The notes under the pieces: generated by a model
What the model saw: the letters and a program-made list of their open reading frames with translations, nothing else
The model's database searches: none
What the model was told of the DNA's origin: nothing
Position numbers and translations under genes: made by a program
Assembly (NCBI RefSeq): GCF_964204645.1
Contig: NC_134028.1
Span: 12,323,263-12,387,262, forward strand
Length of the DNA: 64,000 nucleotides
Direction: 5' to 3'
Source of the DNA: Tubulanus polymorphus
Taxonomy: Eukaryota > Animalia > Nemertea
Shown here: one piece after another, positions 38,515 to 46,302 of the stretch
Layout of the letters: the number at the start of each line of letters is the position of its first letter
Numbering within the stretch: position 1 is the stretch's first letter

Positions 38515-39762
38515 CTAATATTGAATACTATCTAATTGTGAATTTACAATATTTAATTGCGCGTCAGATATAATATAAATGTGCATTTTAAAATTTTTGA
38601 TTCCTTTATTCTTTTTCATGAATAATTGTATTCCATCTTTAGTGTTCTGTAGTTTTTTTCCAGAACCATGTAATGAATTATCTTCAGTTGTTCTAAAATC
38701 TAACCATAATGCATATTTATTACCGGTATAATAATCAATTTGATTAATGTTACAATTTTCAGATGATTTCACTTTTTCATTCATAAAATGTTTTCTAATT
38801 TCTGGCCATTGATCAATCATTCTCATTCCTTGACAAAATATTTTATTTGCTATACCTTCGATAGTTATTTCTACTTTTGTTATTTCAGGATTATAATAAT
38901 TGTCAACATTTATTGCACCATTAGTATACGTTCCAATGGTAAAAAATATTAATATACCTTTAATAGATCTTCTAGGAAAGTTAATATTCTCATTAATTAT
39001 TTCATCATTTGCATTAATAGTTACAGTTTTAAATTTATCAATATAATCATATAATAATGAAAACCCTTGATTGTATTGAGTTTGAATTATACTTGAAATA
39101 TTTTCATCAGTTACTGTATCATATTCTAAACATATATTCGATAATTTATAACTCATATCTTTAACAACGCTAGATAATACAATTTCATTTACAGGAGCAA
39201 ATGTTATTTCAAATATATCGTCTTCTTGAATTGCGTATTTATATAAAGGTGCATTATTATTTATCAATTCAAAGTCTAATGGAATTTTATATTTACTTCC
39301 ATATATACTTTTTATCAATTTATCTACATCATTAGTTAATATTGCGCTATTAGCTTCTGATCTTAATTTATTTTGGTTTTCTGATTGAATTCCTTGAAAT
39401 ATCATATTATTTCTATTTTCTTTAGTTAACCATAAATCTTTATAATGCATAAATAAATTATAATCATCTAATGAGAAAACTGTTTCTGGACCAATCTTTA
39501 TTGTTAACTTTTTAATCAAATATCTTCCAACATTATCAACGACATAATCATTATTATTACCGATTACTTTTATATCAGCTGATAAATAAATACTGTTTGG
39601 AACATAAAAAGTATTTTGTGTTAATCTAGGAATTCTAACATATAAAGTTTCATCGGGATTAATATTTGAAGGGTTATGAGTAATTATATGATGTGATCTT
39701 TCTGCTTTAATAGCATTAGATATTCTAGAAATCTTAGAAGGACTTATATAACTCCCACTCAT
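38515..39762 (-). CDS. Major capsid protein candidate (double jelly-roll), 415 aa
   Basis: Size, beta-rich pattern, high conservation among copies and position next to integrase and ATPase. N-terminal NPSNI...LYVRIP and LIKKLTIKIG segments resemble Polinton-like virus MCPs. Confidence 0.7.
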   Translation of the reverse strand: MSGSYISPSKISRISNAIKAERSHHIITHNPSNINPDETLYVRIPRLTQNTFYVPNSIYLSADIKVIGNNNDYVVDNVGRYLIKKLTIKIGPETVFSLDDYNLFMHYKDLWLTKENRNNMIFQGIQSENQNKLRSEANSAILTNDVDKLIKSIYGSKYKIPLDFELINNNAPLYKYAIQEDDIFEITFAPVNEIVLSSVVKDMSYKLSNICLEYDTVTDENISSIIQTQYNQGFSLLYDYIDKFKTVTINANDEIINENINFPRRSIKGILIFFTIGTYTNGAINVDNYYNPEITKVEITIEGIANKIFCQGMRMIDQWPEIRKHFMNEKVKSSENCNINQIDYYTGNKYALWLDFRTTEDNSLHGSGKKLQNTKDGIQLFMKKNKGIKNFKMHIYIISDAQLNIVNSQLDSIQY

Positions 39763-39829
39763 TTATTTAACAAAAAAATCAATTATTTATTTTTTATTAT
39801 GGTTTACTTGATATTTTTTGATATCATGT

Positions 39830-41272
39830 TTACTTGATATTTTTTGATATCATATTCACTAACCCAAAAATAATAGCACTTACAACTGTAATTAAAAATA
39901 AAATAATATGTTCAGCAGCAAAGTTAAGAATATTCCCAGCAGATTTCAATATAAAACCAACAATTGATGCAATAACTCCTGGCAATGCTGCAGCAGATTT
40001 TTTAGATAGTTCCCATAAATATTTTGCTAATTTCTTTAAACCATCCTTAACTTTATCTTGTATAGAATTATTGCCTGGAGGTTTATCTGGTCTATTGGGA
40101 GTGGGAGTAGGAGTAGATTTTAAAGCATTTGATATAGCTAAACCAATTGTTGTAAATAACATAGTTACAGCTGTTAGAATTGAAAGAATTGTTATTCCTT
40201 CTAATTTAAATAATAATCTTATTCTGTCTTTTAGTGATATTTCAGAATTTGGTTTAATCAACAAATCTTTAAAAATAACTTTTAATCTATTAATATTATA
40301 ATCATATGATTTTAACAATAATTTAATTTCTTCTTTTTGTAATTCTATGTTATATTCTAAATCATCTTTTTCTTTTTCTAAACGTAATTCTTTTTGCCTA
40401 TATTCTATTTCATCAATTACTTGATGATCTAAATCAGACTTTAATTGTTCTATTTCTTTATTTTTATCAGTTAATTCTTTTTCTAAAGTTCTAATTTTAA
40501 AATCTCTTATACTTTTATTATGTGCAATTTTATCAGATGCAAGTCTTATACTAATAATTTCTCTAATTGCTTTATCAGAAAATATATCTAAATCTTCTAA
40601 TTCTTGATCTGTTGCATCAATTAATCCATTCGGTAAAAGTTTTTCAATTGGAACTTTATTTGATTTAAGTTTACTATTTTTGGAAGTTATATTCTGTTCA
40701 GAAGTTGTTTCTGTTTCTGATTTCTTTTTGATTATTTCAAATAATTCATTAATTCTTTGTTTAAATACATCTATATTATCATCTATTTCTTTTTGTGTAA
40801 CATCAGTTATTTCATTACTATTACTTATTATTTTAATTCTATCTGGTTTTAATTTTTCTAAAGTTGATTCTGATAATATTTTATTTTTATTATTTTTATA
40901 AGTGATATCAATATAATAATCACCTTTCAAACGATAATAACATTTACCATTATCTAAAAATTTTAATTGATCTGCTAAAAGTCCAACGTCTTCATCATTT
41001 ATGTTAAAATTAGATTTTTCAATTAAATCTTCTAATTTAGGTATTTTGTTTAAATTATCTAAATCTTGTTTTACTAAATCTGGGTCTAAATTTTCAGGAT
41101 TTAATTGTGATTCAGCATTTTTAATATAATCAGGCATATTTAAATTATTATTATATTCTGGTTCATTACCATCATTAAAACTTGTTTCATCAAAATCAGG
41201 TGGTTGTTCATCAGTTATGTTAGGTTCATCAAAAGGATCCATTCCAATATCTTCTCCACCTTCTACATCCAT
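39830..41272 (-). CDS. Acidic N-terminus, coiled coil and multiple C-terminal TM helices (480 aa)
   Basis: Intact ORF with hydrophobic stretches GITILSILTAVTMLFTTIGLAI, LPGVIASIVGFIL and IILFLITVVSAIIFGLV. Confidence 0.8.
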   Translation of the reverse strand: MDVEGGEDIGMDPFDEPNITDEQPPDFDETSFNDGNEPEYNNNLNMPDYIKNAESQLNPENLDPDLVKQDLDNLNKIPKLEDLIEKSNFNINDEDVGLLADQLKFLDNGKCYYRLKGDYYIDITYKNNKNKILSESTLEKLKPDRIKIISNSNEITDVTQKEIDDNIDVFKQRINELFEIIKKKSETETTSEQNITSKNSKLKSNKVPIEKLLPNGLIDATDQELEDLDIFSDKAIREIISIRLASDKIAHNKSIRDFKIRTLEKELTDKNKEIEQLKSDLDHQVIDEIEYRQKELRLEKEKDDLEYNIELQKEEIKLLLKSYDYNINRLKVIFKDLLIKPNSEISLKDRIRLLFKLEGITILSILTAVTMLFTTIGLAISNALKSTPTPTPNRPDKPPGNNSIQDKVKDGLKKLAKYLWELSKKSAAALPGVIASIVGFILKSAGNILNFAAEHIILFLITVVSAIIFGLVNMISKNIK

Positions 41273-41288
41273 TTATATAATAAAAAAA

Positions 41289-42677
41289 TTAAAATTTAAA
41301 ATATAATATTCCTCCTATAACAATTCCTATACAAGTTATAGCTAATTTAGTATTTTCATGGGATTTATTATCATCATTTAGTTTAATTATATCATGTTGA
41401 ATTTTATCAGTTTTTATATCTTCTGATGTATTATAATCTTTTATTTTAGAATCATTATCCAATTTAATATTCTTAGTTTTAGTTTCAGTTGATTGAATAT
41501 GTTTTTTATTTTTTTCACCTTCCATTAATTTTGGAGCAGTAATAATCTTTTTATTTATATCATTTAATCCAAATGAATTATTTATTGTTGCAGTTTTAAT
41601 TAGATTATTATAACCAATTATATTTCCCATCTTCAATACTAAATCATTAGAAATAATTAATAGATTAGGGCCTATACAATAATTAAGTCTTACATGAGAT
41701 TTATCTAAATAATTTTGATATCTTATAATGTTTTCTGGAATCGATCTATTTTTATCATTATGTATGGAATCTTCAAATAAAACATTAAATTGTTTTTGTG
41801 TATCGAATGATGTATTCAAATTTCCAATTATCGGTGATCTTGTTTCAACTTGCGCACCTAAAATACAAATTAAATAAGTTCTAATAGATTGATTTATTCT
41901 TTCTATACCTGATTTAGTAAAACCTTCACTATTCTCTAAAATAAAATATACCCAACCATTATTGTTTTCTTGTTTTAAATTATCATAAAATTTCGGTAAT
42001 TTATTGAAATTTAATGTTTCTAAATCCTTTGTTTCTATTTTACCATAACCTAATTTATTATTATAGATATTATAAAAACTATTAGATGGTATGGGAAGTG
42101 CACAATATTCTGCAATCTTTCTAGGGCAAGGAAGTGATCTTATTGTTCCAATTTTTGTTCTAAAATCAGAATTATTTATATCTATATTAAATTCATTGCA
42201 AATTTTATAAAACTTTGATAAATTAATATTATTATCTAATTCTTTGAAATATCTAGATCCTGGTAAAGCGCACTCTAATTCATTTAATATTATTCTGATT
42301 TGAAAGTATGTATGAAATCTAAATAAACTTTGAATTAATTTATATTTAGAATTATTCAAATGATCATTCCAACTAATTCCACAACCTGTTGTTGCACAAT
42401 AAACAGCAAAATTTAATTGGTTCTGCCAATACTTCATATTAGATTTTAATAACCATTGTTTTTCATCTTTCAATTTTTTTAAATTAATTAAATATACATG
42501 AAATATATTTTCCATCTTTGCATTAAAATTATTAGTTTCAGTAACATAAATATATAAATCAATTAATGAATCTAAAACTTCATTTCTATATGTAATATCT
42601 TTATTAAAATCTATTGCTGGAATATTATATTTAATTGATTTATTATATTGGAAAGCTTTTGGAAAACTATCTACCAT
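41289..42677 (-). CDS. Unknown protein with C-terminal membrane anchor (462 aa)
   Basis: Intact ORF with conserved YWQNQLNFAVYCATTGCGIS and terminal LAITCIGIVIGGILYF. Confidence 0.8.
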   Translation of the reverse strand: MVDSFPKAFQYNKSIKYNIPAIDFNKDITYRNEVLDSLIDLYIYVTETNNFNAKMENIFHVYLINLKKLKDEKQWLLKSNMKYWQNQLNFAVYCATTGCGISWNDHLNNSKYKLIQSLFRFHTYFQIRIILNELECALPGSRYFKELDNNINLSKFYKICNEFNIDINNSDFRTKIGTIRSLPCPRKIAEYCALPIPSNSFYNIYNNKLGYGKIETKDLETLNFNKLPKFYDNLKQENNNGWVYFILENSEGFTKSGIERINQSIRTYLICILGAQVETRSPIIGNLNTSFDTQKQFNVLFEDSIHNDKNRSIPENIIRYQNYLDKSHVRLNYCIGPNLLIISNDLVLKMGNIIGYNNLIKTATINNSFGLNDINKKIITAPKLMEGEKNKKHIQSTETKTKNIKLDNDSKIKDYNTSEDIKTDKIQHDIIKLNDDNKSHENTKLAITCIGIVIGGILYFKF

Positions 42678-42694
42678 TTATATAATTAAAAAAA

Positions 42695-43129
42695 TTAATA
42701 ATTTATTAATTCTTTTAATAATTTATCTTGTTCTTCAACTGTTATATGACCATTTAAACTTATTATATAATCTAGTGTGTTCTTTAATTTATTAATTTCT
42801 TTTATATTAGATTTTATTTTTTCTTTATTACTTTTTATATTTAATTTTGAACTTATACCAGTTAAAACACTTGAACTTAATCCTAACACACCAATTGATA
42901 TAGCTAAAGGTGTTAATGGACTGAATATTGCTAGAAATGTTATTACAGAACTAATTGTAACCGAACCACTGATAATAAGATAATATATAATTTTACTTTT
43001 TAAATATTTTTTCTTTTTTATCTTTAAGTCACTTTCAAATTCTAATATTTGTTTTTCTAAATATATTTTTAATTTAGTTTTATTTATATCATGATGAATA
43101 ATATCAATATTATCAACTTTATCTTCCAT
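42695..43129 (-). CDS. Two-TM small protein (144 aa)
   Basis: Two adjacent hydrophobic helices. Present in 3 copies. Confidence 0.78.
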   Translation of the reverse strand: MEDKVDNIDIIHHDINKTKLKIYLEKQILEFESDLKIKKKKYLKSKIIYYLIISGSVTISSVITFLAIFSPLTPLAISIGVLGLSSSVLTGISSKLNIKSNKEKIKSNIKEINKLKNTLDYIISLNGHITVEEQDKLLKELINY

Positions 43130-43148
43130 TTATTTAGAATAAAAATTA

Positions 43149-43571
43149 CTAATTAGTAAACTTATAAGCAACAAATATAACAATAACAGTTCCACCTAAA
43201 ATCCATATTATTTCATATTTCTGTTGTTCTTTACTCGGGGTATAATAATCTGATAATTTAGGTTTGTATAGATGTAATTTTTCTTTATTTGTTACTGCGT
43301 TATATAAACTCATTGCATCATCAACTGATTGAAAATCTCTATGTGAAATCTTCTGATCATATAATTCTTTGTTAATATAATCCATATAGTTTTGTCGTTT
43401 TTCTCTATATTCTTCCGCAGCTTTATTGTATTTCTCTAACGCTAAGTTATGTCTTCTTTGTTCTCCTAATGAACTATTTTTATCAATATGTTTAAATAAA
43501 TAACCACCACCAGTAAATGCTAAAGCGTTAACAATTGCCGGTCCTATAATAGTTATAATTGCAGAAGCCAT
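43149..43571 (-). CDS. Small protein with N- and C-terminal hydrophobic segments (140 aa)
   Basis: IVNALAFTGGGYLF, short coiled coil and terminal TM. Present in 3 copies. Confidence 0.78.
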   Translation of the reverse strand: MASAIITIIGPAIVNALAFTGGGYLFKHIDKNSSLGEQRRHNLALEKYNKAAEEYREKRQNYMDYINKELYDQKISHRDFQSVDDAMSLYNAVTNKEKLHLYKPKLSDYYTPSKEQQKYEIIWILGGTVIVIFVAYKFTN

Positions 43572-43596
43572 TTATTTAGCAAAAAAAATTATGCAT

Positions 43597-43818
43597 TTAT
43601 ATGGGAGGAATATATTTTTGTTTTTCCAAATAATCAATAGTTAAATTAGATAAAGTAACTGCTAATGTTAACTTTAAAATATCATTTATATCAAATCTAT
43701 CAACATTAACACTTCCCATTTTGAATACTTTTTTTAATACCATTGAATAACCAACCGTTCCAACTGATAGTAATGCACCATTATATAATCCAGTTATTAT
43801 CCACTTATTATCACTCAT
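43597..43818 (-). CDS. 73-aa hydrophobic protein
   Basis: Present in 4 copies, TAAATG start. Confidence 0.78.
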   Translation of the reverse strand: MSDNKWIITGLYNGALLSVGTVGYSMVLKKVFKMGSVNVDRFDINDILKLTLAVTLSNLTIDYLEKQKYIPPI

Positions 43819-44160
43819 TTATTTATCAAAAAAATTACTATCATCAAAATATTTAGTTAACTTATTTATGATTAATTCAACATTTATTTCATTACTAGTT
43901 TTATGATTATCATATATTTTGGATAATATGTTTTTGATATCTTCAATAATTCCATCTTCATTTAATTCATAATATTCTAAAGGTGATTTAATTAAATCAA
44001 TTACTTTTTCTATATTATACTTTTCTTTATCAATCATTGACGCATTGTTAAATGATTTACTTTTTATATCAGTAATTACATCATTTAGTTTAATTCTCAT
44101 TTCTTTACCATGTTTAAAATCAAACCCAAAACATATACTCGGTCCAACAGTTATATTCAT
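43819..44160 (-). CDS. Unknown 113-aa protein
   Basis: Present in 4 copies, TAAATG start. Confidence 0.72.
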   Translation of the reverse strand: MNITVGPSICFGFDFKHGKEMRIKLNDVITDIKSKSFNNASMIDKEKYNIEKVIDLIKSPLEYYELNEDGIIEDIKNILSKIYDNHKTSNEINVELIINKLTKYFDDSNFFDK

Positions 44161-44176
44161 TTATATAATGAAAAAA

Positions 44177-44935
44177 TTACTCTTTACATCTTATAACTAA
44201 TTCATAAATTACAGGGAAATTATTTAAATCAATTAAGTATCCATTATGATTTCTAATTTCTAATCTAAAATTATTAAAACGAGGAATGCATGGTTTGAAA
44301 TCACATTCTGTTAAATTATAATTTATTTGCGTTCCAAATTGTTTAACATTCTTCAATGGTAAAATGTTTAGTAAACCAGAATTACATGTTGTATCTTTAG
44401 TTGCTTCAAATGTTTTTGTAGGATCGATTAAATTGCAATAAATATAAAAATGTGTAAAAGGTATTATATTTGAATTACCGTCTACGTTTCCTGTAACAAT
44501 TTGTGGTTTAATTCCTAACAGTTTAGCTAAAGGTTTCCTTACCATAAATGCATGTTTGCTTTCATCATCTAACTTTATTTTAATTTTATCAGAACTATCA
44601 CTTTTTATAAATCTAATTGAAAATTTATATTCACTTCCAAGTTTTAAACGAGCTCTTTTATTAATTTCTTGGGCTAATGTTTCTAAATTATATAACCCTG
44701 GTTTTAACATTAGATAAAACCATTTATTTTTATTTTTCATATGAATTGCAAAACCTCTATGTTCGAAAGTTTTATCCGATATATTATAAAAAGAATTACA
44801 TAAACTTATATTTACTAATTTTAAATCAACGCAATTCTTAAATTCTCTATCTAATTGTACTAATAAATTATGAGATTTATAATTTGTAAGTTTTCTAGAA
44901 TCAACAAATATTCTGTATTCTTTTAATTCTACCAT
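44177..44935 (-). CDS. Minor capsid protein (penton, single jelly-roll) candidate
   Basis: IFVDSR, LCNSFYNI, PGLYN, FYIYCNLI and LEIRNHNGYLIDLNN..VIYELVI, the pattern typical of virophage/PLV pentons. Confidence 0.78.
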   Translation of the reverse strand: MVELKEYRIFVDSRKLTNYKSHNLLVQLDREFKNCVDLKLVNISLCNSFYNISDKTFEHRGFAIHMKNKNKWFYLMLKPGLYNLETLAQEINKRARLKLGSEYKFSIRFIKSDSSDKIKIKLDDESKHAFMVRKPLAKLLGIKPQIVTGNVDGNSNIIPFTHFYIYCNLIDPTKTFEATKDTTCNSGLLNILPLKNVKQFGTQINYNLTECDFKPCIPRFNNFRLEIRNHNGYLIDLNNFPVIYELVIRCKE

Positions 44936-45003
44936 TATTTATAACATAAAAAAATTACCGCTCATCACTAAAAATTAATTTTAATAAAATTTTTCCTTAA
45001 TAA

Positions 45004-46302
45004 ATGGATGAGAAGATAGCATGCGAAATTTGTGGTGAACTTCTAAGAAAAAGTAATAAGGCTCGACATATGAAAAAACATGATGAAAATTATAAACCCC
45101 CTAAAATAAACTGTCCAAAATGTAATAAATTATTCTCAAGAAATTATGTTAAAAAACATTCAGAGAAGTGTAGAATTAATGGCGCAACGGCTAATGTTGA
45201 TAGTAATTCTGCTGAAGTTGAACCTGAAGTTATTTGGAAAAGACCTTTCTTATTCTATGATAAGGATAATATAAAAGATCATTTCTGTGAGCCTTGTCAA
45301 GTAAAATATAGCCCTGAAAATATAGAAGATTGGGAGAATCATCAATTTCGTAAAGCACATATAGATAAAATTTCTAATAAATTTGAAACTGAATTCAATG
45401 AAAGAAAAAATAATTTATTAGAAAAAATAAAATATGAGAAAACGTTACCAGATAATAAAGAAACAGTTGAAAAGTTAGAAAAACAATATAATGAATTAAC
45501 AAGAAAAACATATTATTGTAAATATTGTAAATTGATTATTACAACAAGTAATTCAAATCTACATAATAGAACAATAAAACATAAAGAAAACGTAAGAAAA
45601 TACCAAGAGCTTAATGAAGATCTATTACCAAGAAATTATAAACAAAAATGCCCACAATGTAGTTATGCGACCTTAAGGCAAGAAGGTACTGTGTTATTTT
45701 GTGTTGAATGTGGATGGCAAAAGAATTTATGGGGTGAAGAAAAAACTAGAGATTTTCTCATAGAACCAAAATTAAATTATCTAGATGAAATTTTTAAAAT
45801 ATTTTCTATAGAAGATCATACACCAGAATATATGCAATGGCTTGAAAAAATGAAAATAATAGAAAATAAAAATGGTGAAATAACTAAAAAAGATATTATA
45901 AAAACAATTATTCCACCAACATTTAACACAAAACAAAAGAAAATGTATTTATATTTATTATTTAACGATTATTATGAAAAACCTAAATTAACAGAAGAAG
46001 ATATGGAAAATATAAAAAAAATATTTAAACAAATATTAATGTATTATTTGGAAAATAGAATAACAGATTCAATAAATTATGAATTCTTTTTAAATAAGAT
46101 TGTAAATTATTTAAACCTAGATATTATAATTCCATTTGATGAATTAACAAACAAAAAGAAACAAAGAGAGCGAGATGAAATGTGGAACAAGATAGAACTT
46201 TATTTAAATGAGAAAAATGGAATGGAAGAAGAACCTGAACAATTAAATGAAAATGAAGAAGCCAATAGTGATTTCGAGTTTGATGATATAGATCCATTTT
46301 AA
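45004..46302 (+). CDS. C2H2 zinc fingers fused to a poxvirus/NCLDV VLTF3(A2)-like late transcription factor domain
   Basis: Four N-terminal zinc-finger-like units, zinc ribbon CPQC...CVECG, and C-terminal PKLTEED..IKKIFKQI...INYEFFLNKI...RDEMWNKI. Confidence 0.7.
   Translation: MDEKIACEICGELLRKSNKARHMKKHDENYKPPKINCPKCNKLFSRNYVKKHSEKCRINGATANVDSNSAEVEPEVIWKRPFLFYDKDNIKDHFCEPCQVKYSPENIEDWENHQFRKAHIDKISNKFETEFNERKNNLLEKIKYEKTLPDNKETVEKLEKQYNELTRKTYYCKYCKLIITTSNSNLHNRTIKHKENVRKYQELNEDLLPRNYKQKCPQCSYATLRQEGTVLFCVECGWQKNLWGEEKTRDFLIEPKLNYLDEIFKIFSIEDHTPEYMQWLEKMKIIENKNGEITKKDIIKTIIPPTFNTKQKKMYLYLLFNDYYEKPKLTEEDMENIKKIFKQILMYYLENRITDSINYEFFLNKIVNYLNLDIIIPFDELTNKKKQRERDEMWNKIELYLNEKNGMEEEPEQLNENEEANSDFEFDDIDPF

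Noticed and set aside
39834-40901. Antisense hydrophobic ORFs inside Polinton genes (also 28239-28502, 29737-30003, 42777-42983, 47666-47929)
   Set aside because: Shadow frames of AT-rich Lys/Asn/Glu-rich genes, lacking the TAAATG start.
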